Assembly (NCBI GenBank): GCA_951406725.2
Contig: OX597824.1
Location: forward strand, 3,472,001 to 3,536,000
Length of the DNA stretch: 64,000 nucleotides
Direction of reading: 5' to 3'
Source of the DNA: Octopus vulgaris
Lineage: Eukaryota
A program made the position numbers and the translations under genes. Shown here in pieces: positions 13,201 to 26,335 of the stretch (position 1 is its first letter; every line of letters begins with the position of its first letter). Under the pieces are notes generated by a model. The model was not told where the DNA came from. It was given only the letters and a program-made list of their open reading frames with translations, and searched no databases.

Positions 13201-13722
13201 TCAAAACCAGGATCATGTATTTCAATAGGAATATCTTCATGAAGGGTTTTAGCTTTGGATCCAAAAGTTATGCCATAATGTGAGCGATAGCTTGCTAGAA
13301 GGAGAACGTTCTTGTATTTATGAACCAACTGTGGAACCCTAATCTAATCACTCAACCTGCTAGAAAGAGCAGCCAACTGCAGTAGAGCCAGCTACCACAA
13401 ATGAGCAAGTATGACTTGGTAATATGCGCATGGGTCTGCTGCTTGTTTTAGGCACCTTATGTAGTCAGGAGTAGACATAGACGGCTTCTTGGTCCCTTCA
13501 TCCATGACTCAGGGCTATATCCAGGATGTGAGAAAGAGAGCTGCTCCAGCATCATATTGGTGTTCATACATGGCCGGGTAAACTATTGCAGAAGACACCC
13601 AATGGGCCACAGCGAGACGGAATCTGAAACTATGTGGTTGAGAAACAAACTTCTTAAAACACACAGCATGAATTAAAAAAAAGGAAACCTTCTGTGTACA
13701 CAATGCTGTTTTTTATTTGTGT

Positions 13723-14310
13723 CATCATCATCATCATCATCGTTTAACGTCCGCTTTCCATGCTAGCATGGGTTGGACGTATAACTGAGGGCTGGTGAAC
13801 CAGATGGCTGCACCAGGCTTCAATCTTGATCTGGCAGAGTTTCTACAGCTGGATATCCTTCCTAATGCCAACCACTCCGAGAGTATAGTGGCTGCTTTTA
13901 CGTGCCACCGGCACGGGGCCAGTCAGGCGGTGCTGGCAACGACCTCGCTTGAATCTTTTACACATGCCACCAGCGGGGTGCCAGTAAGGCAATGCTGGTA
14001 ATGATCCCGCTTGAATGGTGTTTTTATCGTGCCACTGGCTTGGAGGCCAGATAGCCGCTCTGGCAACGATCACGCTCGGATGGTGCTCTTAATACCCTAC
14101 TAGCATGGGGCTTGAGTGCCAGTAATGCAACCCTGGTAATGATCACACTCGAATGGTGCCTTTTAAGTGCCACTGGCACGGAAGCCGGTTAGCCGCTCTG
14201 TCAATGATCACACTCATATGGTGCTCTTTACACCCTGCTAGCACGGATGCCAGTCATCGAATGTGATTTTGATTTTACTTGCTTCAATGGGTCTTCACAA
14301 GCAGAGTTTT
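13723..14310 (-). mobile_element. Family B element with about 6 reiterated 5' modules
   Basis: Same body as 8997 and 9762; tandem ggtgct...cgtgccac...ggcacg modules at 13890-14260. Confidence 0.8.
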
Positions 14311-15069
14311 AACAGCAAAATGTGTGTGCACTCAAGTACACAACTTATTGAGAAAGCATTGTTTTTTTGAGTGACCATTATTAGATCTGCCTTGAGGGCA
14401 GATGCTGTTGGTCAACCAGGCTGTACAGTTGTTATTTCATCCTTGGCCAACTTCTACTGAACAAATATAATAAAAGCCAGGCAATACGTAATCTTAAATT
14501 TGAGTTTGGTGTAGACATGAGGCTGTGGACTGGCTCAGTCATTAGAGTATCAGATGAAATGTTTTCTTGCATTGTAAGTTCAAATTCTACCAACGTCACC
14601 TTTGTTATTCCTTTTTCTGGAGTTAAGAAATGCCAATCTAGAGAAGCAGACTGATGGATTCATTAGAGCATGAGAAAAATGAAACAATGCTTTGTGGTAT
14701 TTGTTCCAGATCCTTGAGTTCTGAGTTCAAATTCCTGTGTCCTGAGTTCAAGTTCCTGTGTCCTGGATAATAGATTAAGTCTAATTTCCAGTCTAACACC
14801 ATTACCAGACCCTTGGGTAATGTTTGACAGAGTCCACTTTAGGGTAAGCATTTGAGCTGGATTTCTGATTAAGTGATGTAAGTGGAGTAACCTTTCTGTT
14901 ACTATACTTGCATTATTGTATTCTGCCTTTGTTTCAAGTAACTTTGAAAATAATGACCAAATTATTAAAATAACCTTGTTGTTGTTAAGTCGGTCCTTGG
15001 AATCCATATTAATGTAAACTTTTGCTGGAAGGCTTTAATTTAGATCAGTTTAAAACAGGTAGATTGTAT

Positions 15070-15433
15070 GAGGAATATTTGAAGGACATCTCCTAACGAG
15101 ACATGTATGTTTACTGGGTTATGCCCTCCGTCATCAACCAGGAGAATTCGTCTTTGAAGCAATTGCCCCAGATCCCCTTCAGGGTTGGTGAAAGCGATGT
15201 GGTGGACAACGAAAAACCTGGCTGATGACAGTCAAGGCTGATCTGGAACCCAACCTAGGCCCCCATATCTATGGCGTTCGCCGCTGGAATAAGGAGTGGT
15301 TGGAAATCACACGGTCGTTAGCCTCAAATCGCCAGGCCTGGTCGGCGTTTGTGAGAGATGCAGCATTGAGGATCAATGAAGCCAGCTCAACCCACCCTGG
15401 GTGAATGCTGTCTCAAGTCAAGTCAAGTCAAGT
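15070..15433 (+). mobile_element. 5'-truncated RTE-clade LINE with (CAAGT)n tail
   Basis: Translates to ...KRCGGQRKTWLMTVKADLEPNLGPHIYGVRRWNKEWLEITRSLASNRQAW...; 14-bp TSD caggtagattgtat at 15056-15069 and 15434-15447. Confidence 0.85.
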
Positions 15434-17094
15434 CAGGTAGATTGTATCATAGAACCAAGAACTGGCATCTTTGGTATCAAGAGTTAAAATCAAAATGAAT
15501 TATAAGAAAAAGATTTTCTATGATAGAGGGTCATTTCAGAGCCATGTTTGTGACCAATTTTGTCATATTTTCCTGGAGACTTTTGTCTACAAGGGTGTAG
15601 AAAAAGGAAACAGAGAATTTGTGAGATATGAGACAGAATAGAATTTAGAAAGTTAATTAACTGTGATTTATATAAGAATAAACGAGAAGAGAAAAGAAAC
15701 AAGAAAAGGGAAATGGCATGCAAAACAAATACCAAAACAAAACAAATCTATCAAGAAAAAGTAAAATATATGAAAATATTTTTTATATATTTACTTTTTT
15801 AGTGGAATTTCTTTTGTAAAACCAGACTATAAAAGTGTGAATGTAACCTAGATGTGTTTGAATGAAATGAAAAGTTTTAATCATTAAGTCTTAATATCAA
15901 ACCTCATTTAAAAGAAATGTTAAAATTCAATAACAACTACAAAATATTCAAAATTTTAAATTTTTACAGGATCTAAATACCATTTTAAAAAAAAATTAAT
16001 TATGCAATTAGTCATGAAAATATAAATAATTAAAATGAAAAAAAATTTCCCCATTAGACCTTAAAATCGATTGAGCCATTGTTCAAAGTTTCACACCAGC
16101 TGGTGGTCTTTAAAAATATTAATGAAGAAATCTTTCAAAAATGGCAGCATTGGTTCCTGACATTTAGCATTATGAGGCAGCATGTGTGTTAATAATCCTG
16201 TTTCTATTTAGACAGATCCATTTTACATTCAGAGGATCAGTGATGTTTCATTTCACTGTTGTAGTTTTTCAGGAATAATTTGTCCTTGTGGTAACATTTG
16301 GATGCAATCTTGTTTTAGTTTTGGCAATTTTTTTTGTTTCATTCCATTTATCAGATTGCTAGGCTATGACCATAATGGAGCATTATTTTTTAGTCTTCCA
16401 CTATTTTTACTTGTTCCAGTCACTGGACTGCAGCAATGTTGGGGCATTTCTTGGATGATTCTGTTTGTAATTCCAGTACTTACTTTACTCTATTAGTTCC
16501 TTTTCTTGGACTGCTAAGTTATAGGGGTGTAAACGAATCAAGTGAGGGGTGGTGACAAACACACACACACACATACATATCTGTCTGTCTGTTTCACTTT
16601 CTAGCTGTCAATTTTTCCATTCGTGAGTCTGTCTGTCAGTCTGTCTATATATCTATCTATCTATGTCATGTAGCTAGGGTCCAAATCTAAGCCGAGTCCT
16701 CTTGAAGCACATCTGCTTATTTCAGTCTTCCAATGCTGTGCGTAGATGTCATATTTATGTAAGGTACACAATAAGAGTTGAAAATTCTGGAAATATTCTT
16801 TGCAGAATAATTATACATTGAAACAGGATGCTGGAAAATGTTTTGGTATTTTTCATTCACCATTACACATGTTTCATTTGCTAATAGGAGTTACAAGATT
16901 GTACTTGTAGGATAAATATATAAGATATCTCCTATTAGAAATTCTTCAGGCAGAGAATCAAACTATACCTGTCTTTCTCTCTCTCTCTCTTAATATATAT
17001 ATATATTTCTAAACTTTGGTATGTGGTGAAGCAAATCGTTGCTGAACCCTAATTATATAGTATATATATATTTATATATATATATATATATATA

Positions 17095-17251
17095 TATTTC
17101 TTTACTGCCTACAAGGGGTTAAAGATAGCGGGGACAAGCAAGGACAGACAAAGGGATTAAGTCAATTATATTGACCCCAGTGCGAAACTGGTGCTTTATT
17201 TATCGACCCCAAAAAGATGAAAGGCAAAGTCGACCTCGGCGGAATTTGAAC
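17095..17251 (-). mobile_element. SINE family A, 5'-truncated
   Basis: Homology to 302-530. Confidence 0.8.
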
Positions 17252-17848
17252 AAAATCCAAGTATAACTGTTATTCTACATGAATTGAATACTCTGCGTTT
17301 CATTTGTTTATAAACACCAACTTAAAAACACATCATCATCATCATCGTCTTCATCATCATCATAACAATCATCACCATCTCAAATTGTGCAATAAGCATG
17401 TGAATCTGAGAGGGGAATATGTTGAAGAAAATCACAATTAACTGATCCGCCTGTATTTCCTTTTACCCAAAACCAGGAACTTTTCAGTTCCACCTCGCAC
17501 ACAATGTCTTTTTCTTAATCTGTAGGGCAGTGTTGGTAGCCAAGGGCTTTCACATCCTTGGTGATGGTGGTGAAGGTGAGGGAAGTCTTCAAACAAAGTA
17601 CTGAAGGTCTAGGGGTCTGTTAAGTGACCCAGGGGTCTATAGAAAATTTAACTTAAAAGAGATAATAAAAAGAGTTGGAAACTGCTTCTATAGCAATTTA
17701 TATGAGGGAGATTTAGCTGTGGTTTCTAATCTGTCAAAAGACTATATAAACATCCCTTCATTAACTCAAAGGTTCAACCTTTGAATAGATATATGCCACA
17801 AACTCAGCAATGTCCCTTTATATCTGCTAGAAATTTTGTCATTCATAG

Positions 17849-18033
17849 CACGTAAAAGCACCCACTACACTCTCGGAGTGGTTGGCATTAGGAAGGGCAT
17901 CCAGCTGTAGAAACTCTGCCAGATCAAGATTGAAGCCTGGTGCAGCCATCTGGTTCACCAGCCCTCAGTCATTCGTCCAACCCATGCTAGCATGGAAAGC
18001 GGACGTTAAACGATGATGATGATGATGATGATG
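17849..18033 (+). mobile_element. Family B element (5'-truncated)
   Basis: Homology to other copies; (GAT)n tail. Confidence 0.8.
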
Positions 18034-18938
18034 GCCCCATTGTTGCTCTCTGTTATTCTCTTCACTCTCGTCCTCTCACTATAATAAACCTGATTCATAA
18101 CATCATGGGGCACTTTTTCTACCTTTGTGATCCATGAGGCAAACTCACCAGTACCGGTGCCACACGAAGCACTCAGTACAGAAGTGTTTGGCAAATTGAA
18201 TTCACCAACAACACCACAGGGCTTGAGAATGGTTTTTAGTTTTTGCAAATGGCAAGGAAACCTCTTTTTTTGTGCTGGTGCCTTGAAAATTTGCACTTTT
18301 ACAGTCCCCTCTGTGGAATGGTTGCCGTGGGGAAGAGCATCCAGCCATAGAAACTGTGCCCAAGCGAAGATATTGGAGCAAGTAGTCTTTCAACTCACTT
18401 ATCTCCTGTTGAACAGTCCAGCTGATGGAAGCATGGAAATGGATGTAAAGTGGTGGTGGTGGTGGTGGTGGTAAAAGTCCATGGGTCGATCCTCCCTCTC
18501 ATTTGCAACAAGGAAATAAATAAGAGAAGAAGAGCAAACATCTCAAGTTGTTGTTAAGTGATGTTTCTGAGAATTTTTTTTTCATCCTTCACTGAACAAA
18601 ATGAAGTTAATATCCAACAGCTCTGTGTGTGCCAACATTGATATTTTGGTTAAGAAGTTTAACTGATTATATAAAGGACAATGATGATGATGATTATATA
18701 TATATAAATATAAATGCTTATAGGCATAATATATGTATGCTTGTAGGAATGTTGTGCGTGGATATATATATTAATGTTTAAGCATATAATATGTATCATA
18801 TCGGTATGAACATATATATGTGTGTGTATATACACATACACACACACATACGTGTGTATGCAAGTGTATATAGACACATAGATACACACATCTGCCAATG
18901 GCATACTGCCCTACCTTTCTTCCTTCTCACTTTCTCAG

Positions 18939-19094
18939 TTCAACAACAACAATAACAACAACAACAACAACAACAACAACAACTAGCTGCACTTTCCCAA
19001 TCCAAACACCTTAGACAACATCATTTCCAATGAATGCACATTGGATGGGAAGCATTCTAAACAATCTCAGACAGGCATCCGCCGCCATTGGAAG
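18939..19094 (+). other. Candidate exon, probably 5' UTR
   Basis: Polypyrimidine tract cctttcttccttctcactttctcag acceptor and strong AAG|GTGAGT donor; contains (CAA)n; stops in all three frames from this acceptor. Confidence 0.4.
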
Positions 19095-19589
19095 GTGAGT
19101 TCTTCCAAAGAAACACTTACAGAGTCTTTCTAAACACTCCAGCCTTCATACGAAGGTTCCAGTCTCTCAGGTAATCTGTTTTCCCCCCTATTTTCTATAT
19201 GTTTGAGACATGGGCCACATACTTCTGGCATATTAAGACAAAAGAGATTTTTAAGCCCTCACCCTACTGTCTTCATAAAATCGTTTCTATCACCTGATGT
19301 GATAGGATTACTCATAAAAAAATCTTCTATCAAATCTACACCTGCACTATTATTGAATCTGTTCTATACACAGAGCATGAATTGTGACATCTTGGACAAA
19401 TAGAAGACATGTATGCTATACGTATGGTACGGCCAGTAGCAACATTGTCAACACCTGACTGTTGGATCAAAAAAGTGGTTCAAAGACCAGCAGAAAACTA
19501 CTTTGAGTGGAACATTAATGCTTCAGGAGTGCCAGGCATCATTCCTACATGCTTTCAGTTCTGGCAATCTCACTATAAAATGGAGCAGA

Positions 19590-20145
19590 TGCTCGCGAAA
19601 CCAGAGGGCGCACACTCTCCTATGCTGATGTAATTTTCAGGGATACAGGCATACAGCAACAGGACCTCCGTAATGCTATGATGGATCGTGAAGTCTGGCA
19701 TAACATAGTAAATTCCATTGTCTCGACCACGGTTGAACAATGATGATGATGATGGTGTGTGTGTGCGTGTATTATCAAAGAAGCTTGAGAGGCGGCTGAA
19801 TGGAACTTACACTCGCCTCCTTATGAGAGCTCAAAATCTCTCGTGGAAGTGTCATCCAACCAAAGTACAAATATATGGGAAATTACCACCTGTATCATCT
19901 CTTGTGAAAGGTAGAAGAGTCCAGTTTGCTGGACATTGTTGTAGAGCTGAAAACGAGGTAATTTCTACTCTTCTTCTCTGGAAGCCATCTGCTTGCAATA
20001 CCAGAGTGCACACACTCTCCTACCCTGATGTAATCTCCAGGGATACAGGCATACAGCAACAGGACCTCCGTAATGCTATGATGGACCGTGAAGTCTGGCG
20101 TAACATAGATTCCATTGTCTTGACCATGGTCGAACAATGATGATG
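19590..20145 (+). mobile_element. RTE-clade LINE 3' fragments (3' end present twice)
   Basis: KKLERRLNGTYTRLLMRAQNLSWK...RRVQFAGHCCR...MMDREVWR. The 3' ~150 bp and gaacaatgatgatg tail occur at both 19590-19755 and 19975-20145. Confidence 0.85.
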
Positions 20146-20658
20146 GTAAAATGGAGATTGAAGATGTCAAAGGAAAAAGAACATTGAATCTTATAAGCAG
20201 AGGCAAGAAGGATGGCAGACTCACCCGGAGGGATCGAGTTTTACTCTGCACGTATGTGTCCTTCCTAGTTTCTCTTGGAAGTTCCAAATGTGTTTCTATT
20301 CTTCAACACCCTTCTTGAAGGAGGATTAAATCTGCTAAAATGAAGAGCACAGAGCAGCCAAATCCTGCATTCTTCAGAGGTTGATATCAATTTGGTTTTC
20401 GGCAAGTATCAGGAATCAAAACAGGAAACTGTTGTTAAATAGCAATTCTTAAATTTACTCAGCATTTGTCTTTCACGTATTTAATTATTTCGTTACTTCC
20501 AGGACTGAGAAGGCAGTGCTCCAGCAGAGCCGCAGCCTGTGGGGTTAAACATGTAAAACAATAAAAGAATAAGGAATACATTGGTGATATATATATCAAT
20601 ATATTCATCTAGCTATCCATATGTGTATGTGTGTGTATATAGATATAGATGTGTGTAT

Positions 20659-20842
20659 ATATAGAAAAAGAAATTGATAATGCATTAGGAGTCTTTTGGA
20701 TTTAAAGGTTTAACTGGTTTCATAGATTTTCCTGATCCTCAGAAGTAAAGTGAGATAGGAATATGTGAAACCAGTGAAGGCTTTAAAACTAAAGCATCTA
20801 AAAGACTCCCAATTCATTTTTAACTCCTTTTTTTTTCTATAT
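20659..20842. mobile_element. Degenerate fold-back Penelope pLTR-like element with hammerhead relic
   Basis: Imperfect inverted repeat. Minus strand reads ctt-CTGAGGA-t...GAAA-ccag-TT; the opposite arm reads gaaaccagtgaagg. Confidence 0.5.
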
Positions 20843-20922
20843 TTCTGCCTGTTGAATTGGATTAACTGGTTGAAACTTTAAAGTTATTGTCAACAACTTT
20901 CTCGTATAAGATTAATAAATTT

Positions 20923-21243
20923 TAGGGAGATGTACTTGCATAGCAAGTGACCTGATCTGAGATCGTGTGCTGGAACGAAAACAATTGCAGCGTGGAAGGT
21001 GTTTATAAGCCATTTAAGAAACACACAAAAACCGTTAGATTCACTTCAACATTTAAATTTAATTTGCCAAAATATTTTCGTTGCTTTGGGACTGCGACCT
21101 GTTCACTGACAAAACTTTGTGCTGCATCTCACAGTCTCAAAGCAACGAAAATATTTTGACAAATTAAATTTAGATGTTGAAGTGAATCTAACGGTTTTTG
21201 TGTGTTTCTTAAATGGCTTATAAACACCTTCCATGCTGCAATT
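20923..21243 (-). mobile_element. Fold-back Penelope pLTR-like element with TSD
   Basis: About 115-bp near-perfect inverted repeat 20982-21097 / 21129-21244; direct repeat gattaataaattt at 20910-20922 and 21244-21256. Confidence 0.75.
21063..21113 (-). ncRNA. Minimal type I hammerhead with G3:C8 covaried core
   Basis: Minus strand TTTGTCA-GTGAACA-G-GTCGC-agtcccaaa-GCAAC-GAAA-ATAT-TT-TGGCAAA: stems I and II and palindromic stem III (AATATT) are all present. Confidence 0.65.
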
Positions 21244-21658
21244 GATTAATAAATTTGTATTCTACAAAAGTACAGAGTAACCCATCAGATTAATGTAAAA
21301 TTGTTTCTATAACTAAACACAAAATCAACATTAATATATATCATCATCATCATCATCATTTAACATGCCTCTTCCATGGGTAGGACTGCTGACAGGAGCT
21401 GGCATCGTAGAAGACTACTCCACCGTTTTAATGTCCAATTTTTGCAGATGGAGTTTACTGATGCAGTTTCCAATGGCCGGATGCCTTTCCTGTCACCAAC
21501 TCTCACCTGCTTTCAAACCAGACAGTATTTCCCCGTGGCCAGACATGTCTGCCCAGAATATTGGAAATGGATGCCACCACTTGTATGGCAGTGGCACCCA
21601 TTTACAACTACCACGTGATGGCAAGACAAGGAGACACACACAAAGATAAATACATTTA

Positions 21659-21695
<37 letters not shown>

Positions 21696-21696
21696 T

Positions 21697-22068
21697 TATA
21701 TTCTTTTATTCTTTTGCATGTTTCGGTCATTTAACTGCAGCCATGCTGGAGCACCACCTTTAGTTGAACAGATCAAACCCAGGACTTATTCTTTGTGAGC
21801 CTAGTACTTTTTCTATCAGTCTCTTTTGCCGAACTGCTAAGTTATGGGAACATACACACACCAACATTGGTTGTCAAGTGATGGTAAGGGACAAATATAC
21901 ACACACACACAGGGCTTCTTTAAGTTTCTGTCTACCAAATCCACTTACAAGGCTTTGGTCGGCCCGAGGCTATAGTAGAAGACACTTGCCCAAGGTGCCA
22001 CGCAGTGGGACTGAACCCGGGACCAAGTGATTGGGAAGCAAGCTTCTTACCACACAACCACTCCTGCA

Positions 22069-22070
<2 letters not shown>
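21697..22070 (-). mobile_element. SINE family C
   Basis: Homology to 11103-11493. Confidence 0.8.
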
Positions 22071-22103
<33 letters not shown>

Positions 22104-22150
22104 TCATACATATATATACATACACATATATATATATATACTCATACATA

Positions 22151-22525
22151 TACGGGGTGTGGTGAACAAACTGTCGTCTAAATTACGCAAAAATGAAAAT
22201 ATCACCAACATCTCATTTTAACAGATAAATTTACCAAAATTATATAGAAATATCTTGAAATATTAAAGAGTAAATTTATTCTATAAAATCGCCATTGGCT
22301 TCAACCAAGGCCTCCAGACGACTTTGGAATCTCCTGCAACTCTTCTGGACAGTCTCCTTGTTTAAGTCGGTGAATGCAGCCATAATCCCTGCCTTCACTT
22401 CATCTTTGGTGTTATAAGGAGTTTTATTGGTCTCTTGCTCAACTGCACCCCACACATAATAGAGGGGGTTGCAGTCTGAGGAGTTAGGTGGCCAGATGTT
22501 AGGGGTGATGGGGTTGCAGAAAATG
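22151..22525 (-). mobile_element. Tc1/mariner (DD37D/maT-like) transposon 3' fragment
   Basis: Minus strand ...ITPNIWPPNSSDCNPLYYVWGAVEQETNKTPYNTKDEVKAGIMAAFTDLNKETVQKSCRRFQSRLEALVEANGDFIE* (stop 22276-22278); TA-flanked terminus tacggggtg. Confidence 0.85.
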
Positions 22526-23274
22526 ATATAGTTTAGAAGTAGTGCTACACTTCCAAGTGTAGTCTATTCTTAGCTACTACAGGGATTTCTTCCATCTTTT
22601 TGCTCTGTTAAAGTATTTGAGAAAAAATTATATTAATGTGTCCAACTCGTTAAAATCCTGTTTATTTGTGCAGCTGATGATGGCACTGCATTTAAACTGA
22701 TGCAATGATTGCCTTGTTCAATTAAATGAAGCCACTTGAAATGGTTGTAATGCATCACTATTTGATATCCTGTTGATTATTTTGATTATATATGTATAAT
22801 CATATATTTACGTATATAAATACGCATTTCTGTACATATGTGTGTGTATGTCTGTGCACGTATAAGATGGAAATATAAGTGGTAACATCACCGACAGGAT
22901 TCAAACACTGCTTCTGCTCCAAACCGTATAGCTGTGCCATTTGTATGTATGAGTGGATGGATGGGCGGGTTGATAAGGGTGCATGTGTGTGTGTGTGTGT
23001 GTGTGTCTACATATATATATGTGAAAATTTGATAAGACAGATTCACGAAAAAATATTCTTCATTCTTTCTTCCATTTAATAAATAATTCCAATCTGTGTG
23101 AATGTGTGTGCATGGGAGAGAAAGAAAAGAATGGAATGGTGAAGGGGTGTGTTAGCATGAAAGAGTCAAGAGATAAACAGAAAAGCAAACTCTATAAGTG
23201 TGGCGTGGGGGCCAGTCCAAGAAGGCAACAGTAATTCTTGATAGCCGGGCTACATTATAAGCTTTCTGTATTCA

Positions 23275-23305
<31 letters not shown>

Positions 23306-25344
23306 TACTATTATCATGTATACAACCAACCAATAGAGAAAAATCTGTTTACTCTGAGATTATTTGGCTGTTTTTCAAGCTAACATTTCTGGCAGTCAGG
23401 AGGAATTCTAAAGGAATTTATTTTTCCTTTTTCTTTTTTTTTTCGTATTTTTTTTTTTTTACATTTGTAATAATATTTGTCACTGTTTTAATTTTGTTCA
23501 TCTTGCATTATTTTCTTTCCTAGTTTCATTATTATCATCATCATTATTATTATTATTATTATTGATTTGACTCCGGTTCATTCTTATTCCTGGCAGAATT
23601 TATGTGGGTAGCAGGTTATTACCTGTAACCTTAGATATCCATGATATTTCAATAGTCTTTCAAGTGCTTACGATTGTGGTTCTCTTAGCGCTCCACTAGC
23701 ACGGATGCCAGTCATCGAATTTGATTTAGTCATTGAATGTTCAAACTGGCCAGATCTGACCTCTTACACCTACCCAACAATGTCATTCTAAACATAAACA
23801 ATTACATCGTTGAAATATTGAAGTTACAAAAGAATGATTAATTCAAAATGATTTGAATAAATAAAGCCTTTATCAGAGTAATTAGAATGCTAAAGGTTTA
23901 AGGTAAAGTTATTGAAGTGACGGCTAGAATGCCTAGCAATATTTATTCTGGTTCTCTGTGCTCTGAGTTCAAACATCATTAAAGTCACCTTTACCTTTCA
24001 TTCTTTCAGGGATCAATAAAAAAGTACCAACCAAGGTAGGGGATTGATAGAACGGTTAGTGGTTTGGGCGAGACACCTTACAGTATCTGTTCCAGCCCCT
24101 AGCCTTCTGACACTAACATATCTAATGACACTATTGCCAAGCTGTGTTGGTCCAAGTTGGTGACTTTTCTCTTGGATCAAAACTGGTGCCATGGAAAAAG
24201 GAGATCTGCATGTGTGTCTCCGTTCTCCATGTCATCATGGTAAAGGGAGAGGAGCATGCCAGCTTCACCATCTTTTGTTGTCTTCCTCAAAGTCATCTTT
24301 CTAAGCCATAAATATGCAAATGAGCCTTTATCTGTTGCTGGTTTCAGTCATTGGATTGCAGCCATGCTGGGGCATTACTTTGCAGTGTTTTAGTTGAACA
24401 CATCATTCTCACTACTTATTCTCTTTATATCTCTTACATATTCTATTGTTCTTTTTTGCTGAACTGCAAAGTTGTGGAGTTGTAAATAAGCCATTACCAG
24501 TTGATAGGTTAAGCACTGACACACACGTATGTGTGTGTGTGTGTTTATGGGCTTCTGCATTGATTTCATCCACCAAATTCACTCAGATGGCATTGGTCAT
24601 CCCAGGGCATTAGTAGGAGACATTTGCCATGCAGTGGGACGGGGCCTGAAACCATAAGGTCGCAAATTGAGATTCCGAACCAGACTGCAGCCATGCCTGC
24701 ACCTGATCAGCATTGATCTTTGGATGCCCTTTAGATCTTCTAATTCTATAAACCTGCTGCATATCTAGACATCCCTTAACCTACATAGGGGATGCCCACC
24801 CCCACCTCGTCTAGATGTTCACTACTTAGAGTACCCCTGTCTTTACTGAGAGCATTTGTTGTGTAAGTAAAAGCAAATGAAAAGCCATTTCAATTAGCCG
24901 AAGGCTTGCTTCCTGCAATATGAAGCTTGACTCCAAAGACATCAACCGATAAATATCATAAGATACGGCTTCATTGTCATCAGTTTATTGTCCTGCAATT
25001 ACAAATGAAAGAATGTAAATTCATGTCAGTAGACTCATTTCCTTTAGCAAACATTATATTTCATTTTAGACATTTTCTTTCATTGATTCTGAAGTCACTT
25101 TTCTTCTTTTGTTATCGTTCTAAGCTCATTCAATGAAGATTGGCAAACGTGAAAGAAACAAGAGAAGAAATTATGATTATCTTGTTTGAATAGTTTCATG
25201 TGAGTTTCCACTTCACCTCCAGGTGCACCTCTCTATTCCCAAAGCCTGTGTGTGTGTGTGTGTGTGTGTGCATATGCTTAAGTGCAGTATTGTCATTGAG
25301 AGATTGGTAAAATCTTTGACAAAATACCTCATAGTATTTAGTAA

Positions 25345-25576
25345 TGACGGTGAGCTGGCAGAAACGGTAGCAGCCGGGTGAAATGCTTAGCCATATTTCG
25401 TCTGCTGCTATGTTCTGAGTTTAAATTCCGCCGAGGTCGACTTTGCCTTTCATCCTTTCGGGGTCGATTAAATAAGTACCAGTTATGCACTGGGGTCGAT
25501 ATAATCGACTTAATCCATTTGTCTGTCCTTGTTTGTCCCCTCTGTGTCTAGCCCCTTGTGGGTAGTAAATAAATAG
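25345..25576 (+). mobile_element. SINE family A, full length
   Basis: 11-bp TSD gtatttagtaa at 25334-25344 and 25577-25587. Confidence 0.85.
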
Positions 25577-26112
25577 GTATTTAGTAAAGATCCCATGAGG
25601 CAGTATTTTGTATCTTGCTCTTTATGTTCTGGTTTCAAATCCTTCTCAACTTTGCCTTTCATTCGCTCATGGGTCAATGTAATTAACTTCTAGTCTATAG
25701 CAGCAGCTTGGCAGAAATGTTAGAGTATGTCTTGCTATATTTGTTCTTTCTCTTTATGTTCTGGGTTCAAATCCTGCCAAAGTTCACTTCGTCTTTCATT
25801 CCTCCAAGGATTATTATTGTTAGTTTTTTGGACGAGTGCTGGGCAAAATGTCTTAAGGAAGAATTTCTTCCGGTTCTTTATGCTAAAAGTTTCAATCCTG
25901 CAATGGTCAACTTCCCTTTTCATCTTTCTGGAGTCAATGAAATGAACAGGGATTCTAGGGTGGGGTCGATAGTATCAACGAACCTTCTCGTTTAAAATTA
26001 CTCATCCTATACCTATACGTGATACCAATATGATTATTATTTTTATTATTATTATTGAGTGGGAGAGCAGGGCATACCATCAAAATGACACTGGGGTACA
26101 AATATACAAAAC

Positions 26113-26335
26113 CTTGCCAGCTCTGTCTGGCACCTGTGCGGGTGGCACGTAAAAAGCACCCACTACACTCACGGAGTGGTTGGCGTTAGGAAGGGCATGC
26201 AGCCGTAGAAACACTGCCAGATTTGACTGGGCCTGATGAAGCCTTCTGGCTTCACAGACCCCAGTAGAACCGTCCAACCCATGCTAGCATGGAAAACGGA
26301 CGCTAAACGACGATGATGATGATGATGATGATCAT
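26113..26335 (+). mobile_element. Family B element
   Basis: Homology to other copies; (GAT)n tail. Confidence 0.8.
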
